IMG/VR virus record: IMGVR_UViG_3300034198_013268
Span: 9,422 to 73,421 of that record
Length of the DNA: 64,000 nucleotides
Strand: one strand, 5' to 3'
Source: a virus
Position 1 is the first letter of the stretch, and every line of letters starts with the position of its first letter. This document shows positions 12,116-22,912 of the stretch, in pieces. Under the pieces are notes generated by a model, which was given only the letters and a program-made list of their open reading frames with translations, made no database searches and had not been told where the DNA came from. The translations under genes and the position numbers were made by a program.

Positions 12116-15100
12116 GGCTTGAATACCTCATCCTCTCCGGCTTCTATAACCTCAGAGGCACGAACAATTGGGATGTTTAAAGATTGAGCAATGCGGGAAA
12201 TTTGAATATACGGACCGTAGTCCTCTAGGTTGTCGGGTTTTGTCCAGTCTGGGTCTTCTATGGACTGCCCGCCCTCATCGATGGCAGGCCACTCGGAAGC
12301 TCCACGCCATGGGTCATCGTAGAATCTGTCGTCTACAACTATGTAAGCTACATCACTAAGAGCTACTCCGCCATGAATCTGCGCCTCAGTGTAGTCAAAC
12401 CTTTCGTAGTCACTGTCGCTCTTTGCAAAACTAAGAAGGTCACCCTTGAGTTCCTGACTAAACAGGGCGTGTTTAGTCGGGTTTAAAAAACTGGAAGCGG
12501 TAGAAGCCATAGACAATGAGTCCGACTCCGTCCAGGTCGAGCGACTATTGACATGAGGGTGCATGACTAACTTTATAGGACCATAATGATGCGTGGCGTC
12601 AAGGTTGCTCTCGGTAAGCCCATCAGGAGCGGTGACTCCGTATATTGGGCGTTGCCCTGAAAAAGATGGCAAATACCCAAACAGTGTGAATTCCTGAACT
12701 CGTCGTATGTTGTCCATGCTGTTGCCGCGACTAGTGCCGCTCTCGAATAATGTTTTAAATTTTCCACTTTGAAGCATGTCTAATGTAGCTTGAATTGGCA
12801 TAGCTACGGAAAGCTCAATTGGCAGCTCGTGCGGCTCTACATCGTTAAACTCTGGGGCATTAACAGATATTGCGCTTTGTATGCTTTTTTTCCATTGTTC
12901 TAGCGTTTGCTCTGTGGCCGTATCTCCTTGCCCGGATTTTGTACTTAAAAAATTTGTTTTAAACCCTGCGGTGGTTGCTCTTTGGATTAAACCAAGAGCT
13001 ATCTGGTTTATTTCATTTGCGTGAGGATTTAGTTGAATAAAGTTTTTGACCATTGCGGCTCTTGAGCCTTCACCATCCATTGGTACTTCAGAGAATAGTT
13101 TTGCTTTTACGCCAGTAAGGGCTTCTACGATTGATTGCTCTTCAACTGTTAGCTCCCTGTCTCTTCCTCCCCCAAAACCAAGACGTGACAGAATTGATTG
13201 AAGTTCGCCTGCTTTTTCTCCTACTAGAGCTTTAAAAGCGCTTACGTCTTCGGGCTTTCCAGTGCCCATTTCTCTCACGTCCTCAATAGACGTATATCCT
13301 TTACTAATTACGTAACCGGTCAAATCATTTAGTACGTCTTCAATTTCTGTCGGATAGTTTCCCGGCATTAGCCACTCAAGTGGGGCACCAGTGTCTCTTG
13401 CTTCCTGTACGGACTGAACTGGTTTTGGTCTAACGTCATATGATGACTCAGGCGAGAGCATATGGTTAGATATGCTTTCCGGATTGTCTGGGTTGTATCC
13501 AATATATTCCGCTTCGGTGACTTCGTTTGAGGCTGACATTTTTCCAGTAATATTGCTGCGGGAAACGGCGTCATTTATTGCTTTGGTTGTTTGTTCGATT
13601 GTTATGTCAGGCGATGTCATTGACACAAAGTCGCCATACATCGAATCCGGAGAAAGAAGTGGTGCTCTTTTTTCTTTTACTGCGTCAGATAGCTCTTCTG
13701 CTACGGCTATGTCAGCCCAGTCGTTAATATTTTGCAATTCATTATCATCATAGTTTGCAAAAATATCTTCATCAAAAAACAAAGGATTTTTACTGGTCAT
13801 AGAAGTCTCAAATTTTGCATCTAGGGCGCTTGCCATTTCTCGTATCATCTCAGGAGTCACCATTTTTGAATCAGCAGGAGAGGTTCGGATTTGAAGCTGA
13901 GCTTTCACTGCAATAGCCATTCTGTCCATTGACCTATGTGGATTAGACATTTCCTGTCCAATTACAAGATTTACCGTAGTGGCAAGGCGAGGGCTTTCGT
14001 CTTCTAGCTTTTTTACCGCCTCTTTTGGTGAAACGCTCATAGACAACTCTTCGTCGTATTGCCATGGCATGCCTGTGAAATGTTGACTAAGTGCTTCTTG
14101 TAATTCGGAAATACGGGCCCTGTACTCCTTGAGCATTTTCTCTCTGTCGTTTCCAAGTACGTAACGAATTCCTTTTTGTTTTCCGTCTACAGGGTCGCGC
14201 ATGGTTACGTACGGGTTGCGTATAAACGCCTCAAAGTTAGTCCAAAACTGATACGGATTTGTTTGTTCTGAAAATTGTCCCAGTAAATCTCTGGCAATAT
14301 TTGCTTCTGCTGGACCCGCTACACTGGGGCTTTCTGAGTGGCTAAACAAGGAGCCGTATGGGTTTGTTATTACGGGGTACCCCTTGCCACGTTTTCCCTG
14401 CGCCAACCCCAAGGCGCTCACTTGAGCCCATGTTTTCTTCAGGAAACTTGGAGCCGTCGACCCCTGCATTCCCGGTGAAATATTACCAAATTTTGCATAA
14501 TTTACCGGTTTTCCTTTTTTGTTTTTACTAGGAAATTTAATTCTTGCATGCATTGCTATGTAATGAAGTCGTGATTCTTCGTCGCGCCAGTCGAAAGTTA
14601 CGTCGTTTCCAGCCAGCTCAGTATTGACTTCATCTCTTTTAGCCCAAAGTTCCTTGAACTCGTCATCATATGCAGCTTTGCCGGCTGGAGGTTCTAATTT
14701 TTTGGGTCTTAAACTTACTCCGGATGACCCGCCAAAGCCCGCGTCGAGCTGCGCCTGTGTGCTCGAAGAAAAGCCAGGCAGGGGTTTTTTAATTTCTTCT
14801 GGTTTTTCATTTGGCTCGTCAGGTTTGTCAAGCTCGTCAGGCTCGTCGGCCGACATTTTTCCAGAAATAATACCGTATTTATTCCAATAGTCTTCGTTGC
14901 CTACGCGTATACCGCTAGCCCTAATACTGTTGACCATTTCAGCAAGGGAATCTCTTTCATCGTACATTTGATGAGCTTCAGCTGATTGAGCAATCTTATA
15001 TAGTCTTGGACTATTTATGTTTCCCCTAGGGGTTTGACCATTTATTATTTCTGGATTATCTACCCATTTTTTGTTTTCTAAATCCCATCCAAGCGAAAGT

Positions 15101-15864
15101 GAATACTGCCTGATAGCATTTCTAAGGGTGCTCATATATTTATCATTAGTTTTAAGCTCGTCTAATGATTCACCGGCAATGTTGTACTTATCTCTATAAG
15201 TGTTACTACCACGAGGGATTGGGAACATCCACCAATCAAAATGATTTCTATGAAATGCGTTCCAGTTTCTAGATTTTTCCCATGAGTCAAACAATCTTGC
15301 TTGAGCGTAATGTTCCGATAGGAGTTTATCTATTCCAACAAACTCGGCAGCATTTCTTTCCCTAGCCATTGCCCCCGTTATGGAGCCGGCAACATTTGTT
15401 GGTGTTGGGTCTGGCATTTCACGCCAAGTTCCGTCAAACAATAAACCGTTGTTATTTGCATCAACTCTTGTCATCGGGTTTTGGTCGCCCGTTATTTCAG
15501 CGCTATTTATTGTTCTTCTACCAATTCGACCAAGACGAGGTAGGGCTTTTGTAAAAGAAGGGGCCGGATTGCCGAGACCACCGTTGGTTATTCCCGGAAT
15601 TATTCCTCCACTAATACCGCTAACGGTGTGACCAGCCTCTCCTGGGCTAGAAGAAGGTTTTGCTATGTTTCCGTCTGGTATACCAGCCGAAGCGAGGCTT
15701 CCATCACCTAAAGTATCTATCCCAAGCACACGACGTTCTCTTAGTTTTTCCCAAGATACACGAGTGTTTCCGCGTTTATTTCGCCGTTTTTTTCTTTTGT
15801 CTGATGGCTTAATAAAATCTTCCGACATAAGCCCTACTTCATGCCAAAGTGATATGTATCCCAA
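12112..15864 (-). CDS. Multidomain protein (about 1250 aa): shared leader, OGFr/DUF1810-like domain, unknown module, C-terminal DUF3626-like domain
   Basis: HFDWWMFP motif. C-terminus GKFKTLFESGTSRG...RPIYG...YGPIKLVM...RSTWTESDS...YTEAQIHGGV. Three IxGxM linkers. The true start may be the second Met (MSEDFIK). Confidence 0.8.
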   Translation of the reverse strand: MGYISLWHEVGLMSEDFIKPSDKRKKRRNKRGNTRVSWEKLRERRVLGIDTLGDGSLASAGIPDGNIAKPSSSPGEAGHTVSGISGGIIPGITNGGLGNPAPSFTKALPRLGRIGRRTINSAEITGDQNPMTRVDANNNGLLFDGTWREMPDPTPTNVAGSITGAMARERNAAEFVGIDKLLSEHYAQARLFDSWEKSRNWNAFHRNHFDWWMFPIPRGSNTYRDKYNIAGESLDELKTNDKYMSTLRNAIRQYSLSLGWDLENKKWVDNPEIINGQTPRGNINSPRLYKIAQSAEAHQMYDERDSLAEMVNSIRASGIRVGNEDYWNKYGIISGKMSADEPDELDKPDEPNEKPEEIKKPLPGFSSSTQAQLDAGFGGSSGVSLRPKKLEPPAGKAAYDDEFKELWAKRDEVNTELAGNDVTFDWRDEESRLHYIAMHARIKFPSKNKKGKPVNYAKFGNISPGMQGSTAPSFLKKTWAQVSALGLAQGKRGKGYPVITNPYGSLFSHSESPSVAGPAEANIARDLLGQFSEQTNPYQFWTNFEAFIRNPYVTMRDPVDGKQKGIRYVLGNDREKMLKEYRARISELQEALSQHFTGMPWQYDEELSMSVSPKEAVKKLEDESPRLATTVNLVIGQEMSNPHRSMDRMAIAVKAQLQIRTSPADSKMVTPEMIREMASALDAKFETSMTSKNPLFFDEDIFANYDDNELQNINDWADIAVAEELSDAVKEKRAPLLSPDSMYGDFVSMTSPDITIEQTTKAINDAVSRSNITGKMSASNEVTEAEYIGYNPDNPESISNHMLSPESSYDVRPKPVQSVQEARDTGAPLEWLMPGNYPTEIEDVLNDLTGYVISKGYTSIEDVREMGTGKPEDVSAFKALVGEKAGELQSILSRLGFGGGRDRELTVEEQSIVEALTGVKAKLFSEVPMDGEGSRAAMVKNFIQLNPHANEINQIALGLIQRATTAGFKTNFLSTKSGQGDTATEQTLEQWKKSIQSAISVNAPEFNDVEPHELPIELSVAMPIQATLDMLQSGKFKTLFESGTSRGNSMDNIRRVQEFTLFGYLPSFSGQRPIYGVTAPDGLTESNLDATHHYGPIKLVMHPHVNSRSTWTESDSLSMASTASSFLNPTKHALFSQELKGDLLSFAKSDSDYERFDYTEAQIHGGVALSDVAYIVVDDRFYDDPWRGASEWPAIDEGGQSIEDPDWTKPDNLEDYGPYIQISRIAQSLNIPIVRASEVIEAGEDEVFKP

Positions 15865-16223
15865 TCGCTAAGCTCAATTTTGTGTTTAGCGCAATAGTCT
15901 TGGATGGCTTCATTACGGGTCATTGGTGACTGCTTGTAATCTTGTGCTTCCATTATTTCTTTGGTGTATTCGGGCAGTATTTTAACTACATTGAATACCA
16001 TTTTTTTTTCAAGAAAATCTTCTTCATTTTCTGGTGTGCCGCGCATGTTTAGCGCATCAAGATAGTCAATCATTAATTCTTTTTTTGAAGACAAGCAGAA
16101 AGGTGGATATTCGGCCAGAATTTGAGCATCCTGGAACCCAGCGTTCCATGTTTTTTTTGCTTTAAAAAAAGCGGCTTTATTTGCAGCGCTTAATGTTTCT
16201 GGGTTTACAAGTTTTCTTGCCAT
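15834..16223 (-). CDS. Hypothetical protein directly after the 2228-aa protein
   Basis: 129-aa ORF starting 2 nt after the upstream stop. Confidence 0.7.
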   Translation of the reverse strand: MARKLVNPETLSAANKAAFFKAKKTWNAGFQDAQILAEYPPFCLSSKKELMIDYLDALNMRGTPENEEDFLEKKMVFNVVKILPEYTKEIMEAQDYKQSPMTRNEAIQDYCAKHKIELSDWDTYHFGMK

Positions 16224-16225
16224 TT

Positions 16226-19200
16226 TTATTGCCAGTCCCTATTTCTAATGTGTGGGATTTGCTGACCGTCAGGCATTCTCCAGTTTCGCAGTGCATCACG
16301 GGCACTTCCAAGGTTCCATGTATGGTTTGATTGGGCGATGCCGCTTCTATTGAGTACTCTCACAACGTTACCATTTCCCTTTCCAGTATTTGGATTATTT
16401 GGATTTACTCCAATCAAGCTCTTCCACAGCTGACTTGGAATTATATCTCTTTTATCTAGACCGTCGCTGGATAATCCCTTAGGGGTAATGATTGCATCAA
16501 CCCCCATCATTAGTGCCCAGTTTTCTGGAGCCAAATATGTCAGTGTATGAATTGCTCTATCCAGTTTTTTGTTATGTTCAATTGCGTCTTTGCCCGCTTG
16601 GCCTGGTTGCGAAATGTCTTGTCTTTGTGACGCAATCTGAACCACATAATTGAGTGTTTGCTCAATCCATGCGTTAAGTTTTTGTCTGTATTGAGCGTAT
16701 TCCACTTGCTCAGCTGGCGATGCTCCAGAAGGGGGAAATAAGCCGGACATTATGGAGGAAGGAACTGACCATCCTCCGCTAGTTATTCCTTCTACTGTCA
16801 TCGGTCCATCAGTGGTTGTAAGCCTGTCTATTTCACTTTGCAGACCGTTGGTATCTATCAAACCAGTTACTGGGTCAGGGGCAAATGAATTGGGTGCAAT
16901 GTTAAAAACTCTTGTATCACCATGTCTACTATTTACGCCACCAGGAAAACCTGGAGCTCCAATTGCGTTGACAATAGACCAAATTCCTTCATAAGTAGCG
17001 GAGTTTTGTCCAAATAATCCATCAAGAACTTCTGCTGACATTATGCTTTCTTGAGATATTAAACCAAGCGTCGTACCATCAGTTCCATGCATTTGACTCC
17101 AGCTTACTGGTACGAGAGACCAGTATTCTCCGCGCCCGTGTTGTGACATTCCTTGACCAGGAATAAAACGCTCTCCATTAAGACTTTCTTGAGCCAGCTG
17201 TCCAGCAGTGTATTGAACACCTCTCGACCAACTATCGTTTACTCCTCGAGCTATGATTAGGTGAGTTGGGTTTCCATCGCTATCAACATTGGTAGCCATT
17301 TCTTCTAATTCTTTGTCTGAAAGAAGAACTGGTTTAGAGTTAAATCCACCCCATTCCCACATGCTTCCCATCATCATTGCGTCAGTGTCATGAAACTCTC
17401 TACCAACAAGGTCTGGATGTCCTGCTACCGAACGATTGCCGGCCTTGTACTCCTTATATGCTTCATCCATTAAAGCAAGCGCATCGACATGTTCGTCAGA
17501 TATTTCGTCAATAATTACAGCACCCGTTGTCGGGTCTACTTCTGGAGCATTAGGAAACCCATCAGCACGATGCTGCTGGACAAGTTCTGTTATTTCTTGT
17601 GGACTTCTATTGGGTTGGTTGCTTATTGGAAGTCCGCCATGAGGGTCAAGAACAAACGGGGCATCATCAAAAAACCCAAAGTCTTGCCGTGTGCTTGTTC
17701 CCGACGCTTGTCTGGCACGACGAGCAAGTATCTGCCTATTGAGTCTTTTTGCAACTGATTCTAGGTCTTGTCTCTCTGCTAAAGTAACCGCATCTCTTAC
17801 GTCCGGGTCGTGGACAATGTGAGTATTTAACAAATTCTCCATCTGTTCCATCACGTTTCCGTTTGCCACATACCTCAGAAGAGCAACCCTATTGCCAGGC
17901 GACATCATGTACGTTGCAAGGTCTTGTTCCATTTTATTGGCAGTATAAGAATGAACACCCCTAATTGTTTCAAGGGTTATCTTCCATTGTTTGTCGGCTT
18001 GTGCTCGAAGAGAGTTTAGTTTAGCTTGGTCAATAGGCCCAATCCAGCCTTGTAGGACACCTATTGCTTTAGTGTCGTTATTTTGAAGTGCTTCGGCTAC
18101 GGCGCGTGTTACGTCTTCTAGTTGAAGTGCGGCATTCATGCTTTTTATTGCATCAAGATGTAATTGTCCAAGCCCAGTTTGTCCGTTATCTACAAACATG
18201 TCGCCATCAGGAGTGTAGAATCTTCTATGCGGCATAAAAGGGTCCATGCCTAGTTCTCTTATGTCTTGAAGGGACAGGTTGTCATTAACGGTTGGACGTG
18301 ATGACCCACTTGACGTATCAATGCGCGAAGGGTTTGCCTCATTAGTTGGGTCCATCGGGTAAGGACGGAAAAACCCATTATCCATACGAGAATCACCGGC
18401 TGCTGCAATTACGTCAGCATAGTTACGGTCTACCGATAAACCAGCAAGCGTTCCGCCATTTGGGTCAGAGAAGTCAACTTTTACAAGTCGTGGAAATTCC
18501 TCATTTCTTCCTCCTTGAGCGGTTTTAGTTGCATCAACGGCTTCGTTAAATGTGGGGATTACATCAGTTATTTGTTTCACCGCACGGGGGTCAGTCGTGA
18601 TTTCTAACGCCGGGTTGTCTGCAGAAAGGTCTACACCTGCAGTAATGCGCACATACTGCTTGGGTCTTATGGCCGGGTTGACCGTGATTTGCAATTCCGG
18701 AAAATCTCTGTATCGCCCAGTGGAGGGGTCTACTTCTGGAATAATACTTCTGTCGTAAACGTCAAGAGCAGATGGTTCAAGACCTGATAGGTCCTCAACG
18801 TATAGTCCAGTATTGTTGTCAATGTAGCCGTTTGGCATATAACTAATATTTAACGCTTTGTTTCCTACGCCCGGGTCTAGCGATGGCCCTGTAATTACTC
18901 GCGTTGCTACTCCAGGTGCTTGTGGTTTAATGTCATTAGGACGTACCCATCCTGGTGTACGTACTGTTGCTACTGGTTGGTCATATATGCCAAGACTTTG
19001 CGCAAGACCACCAGAAGAAGACGGTGTGGGCTTATGAGGAGTAAAATTACGTTTTTTCTTTCTATCCACTCCGGTCGGTATTCCAACATCATCTATGATT
19101 GAGTTTCTTAGTGATGGTTTTAAGTTGTTTACCAAAAAGAAATCGTTACTGTTTTCCCATTCGGATAAAACAAGTAGGTTATGCAAGCTTCCAGACCTAA

Positions 19201-22200
19201 TTCCAGAAAGTCTTGGATTTGATTTTTTTAAGTCTTCAAGATAATCAAGAGCTGCATCTTCACTTATTGGGTCATTGGGTCCAATTTTGAGATGACTTCT
19301 CCACTCTGCTCTAAGTGAATCTAGGCTGGTATGGAGGTTTCTGTTTATTCCATCTACAACATGCGCGGGATAGGTCTTGCTTGGGTCAAGGAAATCACCA
19401 GTTGTTGTCTGTGGATACGTTAGTCCGCTTCTTGCCTTGGACCTTTGCACTCCACGCGATGCCATTCTTTGAGGCTGTCTAGAGGCTGGAGCTTTCTTTA
19501 GTCCGCGTTTTCTAAATTTTCCAGTGAGTCTTTCTGTAAATGTAGACTTTTTAGGCTCGTTTATTATCTTTTCCCGCGTTGACTCTCCAGCAATAAGCAT
19601 CATTAGCCTGTCGCCTTTGTTGTCTACGCGTTCAACTACAGACAGAAGGTGCTGACCATCTTCTCCTATTATGTGGGATGACCCACTTACGTTATCAATA
19701 ACCATAACTAGGGGTTTATGGTCTTGCCTGTCGTCGTATACGTAAACTTTATCGTCCATTTCGCGGACAATTGCATGGCCAAGGTTTGATGGAGAACCAG
19801 GAACATCAGGTTTAGAAGGGTCGTTCAGGTCGCGTAGCGCACTGTTATATACCTCGCGCAAGTCATCCTGATGTTCGTTATCAAAGTCCGTTAAGTAAGG
19901 AGTGAATCCTCCAATATTCCTTAAGGCATTATTAAGGTCAAGAATTCTTCCATAGTTATCTGGGTTATCCCGCCATTCATTTTGGTCAACTATTCCAGGA
20001 GTTGGTACAAATCTTAATTGTTCCAGTATGTTGCTCGGGTAAAGTTTCCATATATCGCGAGGGGATGTTGCTTCTTCCGCTCTTGAACTAATCATTGGCA
20101 ACTCGGACAACGATTGAGGAATTGTTATTTTCATTCCCTCTGGAACGCCCTCGTTTCTAATGTCATAACCAACACGGGCTATTCTTTTAGCCAATCTTAT
20201 TCTTAAGTTGTCTGTGGGCTTTGGCATTCTTCCTTGTTCAAGGCGTTTTGCTGCAGCAGATTCACGTGCCCATTGGCGACCTTCGCCGCTCATCCAGCGA
20301 GAAATTATCCCTGGAACTTCTGGTTGGTCACCTCTAATATCACGTCTTATCGGACGCGTATTTTTTCTTTTTGATTTATTACTCCACCAGTTCCCGTTGC
20401 CGGTATTGATGAATTCATCAAGGTATTCTCTGCCCTTAGGAGAGACAAACTGTCCATCAGTATGACGGCCCAAACTCATTTGCCCGGTTATGCCAGTAGA
20501 AGTTTTACCGGTAACAACGTTATGTTCTATGTCTTTTCCGCCGGAGTACGGAGCTTGGCCGTTCATCTCCATGGCCAACATGTCTCCGTCACTATCTAAG
20601 ACCATTGCAAGATGAGAGGCCACACCAGTACTGTATGGGGACGTTACTGGTTCAAGCAAATCATCACGACCGACCAAGGGTCCCACCATTCGGTCGTCTA
20701 ATGCCGTGACCGTTGTCGAGTTGTAACGCTTAGGGTCTACCCAGTATTGCGCCATATCAATTGAAACAACATGTTTTTTGCCGTCTGTGCCAGTCACTAT
20801 GCGCAGAGACATTTCTTCACGTAAGATTCTTTGTTCTTCAGTTTTACCGTCAGACAGCGTGACTACCCTGTAGTTGCTTAGTTCTATGCTTGTATCCGCA
20901 GGAGAAGGTAGGTCACCCGACGGAAAATGTCTATACAAACTGACGTAAGCCCCCCTATCAGGTGCGGTTGGGTTTCCGGAAAGACCATACCCCTCTATCC
21001 CGTTAGCCAATCCTCGTTCGGCAGACACCACGACGTCTTCACCGGGGTCAAACCCGGAATCCAGTATTATCTGGTCGACTAGACCTTTAAACATCTCCCA
21101 CTCTGGAGTTGGTTCTCCTATTTTTGAAGGGGAATAAAATCTTACGTTAGCGGATATGTTTTGCTCTATATTGGAAATAGCATCAGACTCATCAACATTA
21201 ATGTTTTTGAAAAAATCGTGAAGGTTTGCAATTTCGCCAGCAACTTTATTTTCTTTTTTTGATTTTTTATCAACGCGGCGTCTGCTTCTTCTTGTTTCGC
21301 CATCAGCAAGAGGGTCAAGAGAAAGGATGCGCCCTGCCCAGCCCTTTCTTTTTTGTTTGACCGTATTGCTTAACGGGTCAAATGTCAAAATAGTCTTTGC
21401 AATATTTCTACGTCTTGACGGTTTTAGTGAGCCCCCATTGAACGCGTCGTCAATGAGGACGTCCTCGAATGCGTAGTCAACCCAAGCATCTGCAAACTCT
21501 TTATTATCTCCGCTTACACGACGTATGAATTTTTCTGCTTTTCTACGATTTTTAAGAGTGTCGTCTGCGTGGTCGTATTTGCCATTAACTTCCAGGCCAA
21601 GAGCATGTAATTCTTCCCAATCGGATGGGTAAAACCGAACACCCGTATCCATGTCGGCCCAGTCCCCTGTGCCGTTGAGAATATCTTGCCAAGTATATGA
21701 GCGAGTCGCGGCACTAAGTCCTGCAAGCATTTCTTCTTGAGTAAGAAACTTAAATTTTTCTTGTTCTCCAGATGGTGTACCGTTGTGTTTTTTGGGCGAC
21801 CCAAACCAAGGGTTGAGCGTCATTGCTCCGGTTTCGTACAGTTGTCCGGCCATAGGATTAAAGTAGATGGGAAGGTTTTCGTCCCACACGCCACCCTTAT
21901 CACGAAGCTCTTGAGAAATTGTAATTTCTGGTTTTACTTTGCGTGCTCTTCTGCCGCCTTCGGACATGTCAATAAAACCACGCTGTGCAATATCTTGCCC
22001 AACGCGCGACATGCGTAATCCTGCTGCCGTTCTTGCCCGTGCAACCATTGGGGCATTTGGATTAAGTGCGCTATACGTATTTCTAAAAGAAGGATTTAAT
22101 TGGCGGTCGGTCGCTTTTCTTACTCTTCTTTCAGAACGTTTTGTAAATTTTTCAACTCTCCCGGCCCGCACATTGTCAGCGGTTCTTTCGGTAAGTCTTC

Positions 22201-22912
22201 CAGCACGATACAGCGCTCCACGAGGCTCAATGCCTGCGTTGAGTTCGTTCTGACTTCTATCATCTATGGATTGAAGGAATTGACCAAGTCGACGAACCGC
22301 ACCCATAGAGCAGCCGAGACCGAGCCTGTTAGTAAACTGTCCACCATTTAACGTATCTTCAGGGCACCGCCAACCCTGCAGGTCAGTGTCCCATATTGCC
22401 CGCATTCCTTTGACTTGAAGCGTAAGGCTAGATAGTTGCTGCTCGAGCTTAAAGGCTTTTGCCTTGTAAGTTACAGCATGCTGCTTATAAGCCACATCCA
22501 TTGATGCAATCAAAACATCCGTTACTGGAAATGAATAAACTGGTTCAAAGTCTTCAACATCGTCTGGCTCCCCATAGACGTCTTCTGGCGTATCAGATTT
22601 TGTTTCCACAATCTGCAGGAATGATTTTTTTTCAAATTCTTCACTTAGTCTCAGGGCCTCCTCTGGGGAAACAAGCTGAGACAATTCACCCAAATCTACA
22701 GCATTTGCTTTTTTGGGTGATTCGACAAATAGGCTTATATCAAGAGAATTAAAAAGTTCTTCATTTGTGAACTTGGAAGAGTTAGCCCATGTAGCCCATC
22801 GCTCGCCCTGTCCATGTGCGCCAAAAGCACGCATATCACCATTGGGGCTTGTTACTAAAAGAGCAAAGGGCTTACCGTCTATTTTGTCTTTTACGACTGA
22901 AATAGTTTTCAT
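16226..22912 (-). CDS. Giant protein (2228 aa) with RCP leader and a putative C-terminal ADP-ribosyltransferase-like domain
   Basis: Long ORF. RCPEDTLNGGQFTNRLGLGC leader and one ITGQM linker. C-terminal IARGV...GQGMSQHGRGEYW...MGVDAI...VLNRS pattern resembles phage head-associated ART-like domains. Confidence 0.75.
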   Translation of the reverse strand: MKTISVVKDKIDGKPFALLVTSPNGDMRAFGAHGQGERWATWANSSKFTNEELFNSLDISLFVESPKKANAVDLGELSQLVSPEEALRLSEEFEKKSFLQIVETKSDTPEDVYGEPDDVEDFEPVYSFPVTDVLIASMDVAYKQHAVTYKAKAFKLEQQLSSLTLQVKGMRAIWDTDLQGWRCPEDTLNGGQFTNRLGLGCSMGAVRRLGQFLQSIDDRSQNELNAGIEPRGALYRAGRLTERTADNVRAGRVEKFTKRSERRVRKATDRQLNPSFRNTYSALNPNAPMVARARTAAGLRMSRVGQDIAQRGFIDMSEGGRRARKVKPEITISQELRDKGGVWDENLPIYFNPMAGQLYETGAMTLNPWFGSPKKHNGTPSGEQEKFKFLTQEEMLAGLSAATRSYTWQDILNGTGDWADMDTGVRFYPSDWEELHALGLEVNGKYDHADDTLKNRRKAEKFIRRVSGDNKEFADAWVDYAFEDVLIDDAFNGGSLKPSRRRNIAKTILTFDPLSNTVKQKRKGWAGRILSLDPLADGETRRSRRRVDKKSKKENKVAGEIANLHDFFKNINVDESDAISNIEQNISANVRFYSPSKIGEPTPEWEMFKGLVDQIILDSGFDPGEDVVVSAERGLANGIEGYGLSGNPTAPDRGAYVSLYRHFPSGDLPSPADTSIELSNYRVVTLSDGKTEEQRILREEMSLRIVTGTDGKKHVVSIDMAQYWVDPKRYNSTTVTALDDRMVGPLVGRDDLLEPVTSPYSTGVASHLAMVLDSDGDMLAMEMNGQAPYSGGKDIEHNVVTGKTSTGITGQMSLGRHTDGQFVSPKGREYLDEFINTGNGNWWSNKSKRKNTRPIRRDIRGDQPEVPGIISRWMSGEGRQWARESAAAKRLEQGRMPKPTDNLRIRLAKRIARVGYDIRNEGVPEGMKITIPQSLSELPMISSRAEEATSPRDIWKLYPSNILEQLRFVPTPGIVDQNEWRDNPDNYGRILDLNNALRNIGGFTPYLTDFDNEHQDDLREVYNSALRDLNDPSKPDVPGSPSNLGHAIVREMDDKVYVYDDRQDHKPLVMVIDNVSGSSHIIGEDGQHLLSVVERVDNKGDRLMMLIAGESTREKIINEPKKSTFTERLTGKFRKRGLKKAPASRQPQRMASRGVQRSKARSGLTYPQTTTGDFLDPSKTYPAHVVDGINRNLHTSLDSLRAEWRSHLKIGPNDPISEDAALDYLEDLKKSNPRLSGIRSGSLHNLLVLSEWENSNDFFLVNNLKPSLRNSIIDDVGIPTGVDRKKKRNFTPHKPTPSSSGGLAQSLGIYDQPVATVRTPGWVRPNDIKPQAPGVATRVITGPSLDPGVGNKALNISYMPNGYIDNNTGLYVEDLSGLEPSALDVYDRSIIPEVDPSTGRYRDFPELQITVNPAIRPKQYVRITAGVDLSADNPALEITTDPRAVKQITDVIPTFNEAVDATKTAQGGRNEEFPRLVKVDFSDPNGGTLAGLSVDRNYADVIAAAGDSRMDNGFFRPYPMDPTNEANPSRIDTSSGSSRPTVNDNLSLQDIRELGMDPFMPHRRFYTPDGDMFVDNGQTGLGQLHLDAIKSMNAALQLEDVTRAVAEALQNNDTKAIGVLQGWIGPIDQAKLNSLRAQADKQWKITLETIRGVHSYTANKMEQDLATYMMSPGNRVALLRYVANGNVMEQMENLLNTHIVHDPDVRDAVTLAERQDLESVAKRLNRQILARRARQASGTSTRQDFGFFDDAPFVLDPHGGLPISNQPNRSPQEITELVQQHRADGFPNAPEVDPTTGAVIIDEISDEHVDALALMDEAYKEYKAGNRSVAGHPDLVGREFHDTDAMMMGSMWEWGGFNSKPVLLSDKELEEMATNVDSDGNPTHLIIARGVNDSWSRGVQYTAGQLAQESLNGERFIPGQGMSQHGRGEYWSLVPVSWSQMHGTDGTTLGLISQESIMSAEVLDGLFGQNSATYEGIWSIVNAIGAPGFPGGVNSRHGDTRVFNIAPNSFAPDPVTGLIDTNGLQSEIDRLTTTDGPMTVEGITSGGWSVPSSIMSGLFPPSGASPAEQVEYAQYRQKLNAWIEQTLNYVVQIASQRQDISQPGQAGKDAIEHNKKLDRAIHTLTYLAPENWALMMGVDAIITPKGLSSDGLDKRDIIPSQLWKSLIGVNPNNPNTGKGNGNVVRVLNRSGIAQSNHTWNLGSARDALRNWRMPDGQQIPHIRNRDWQ

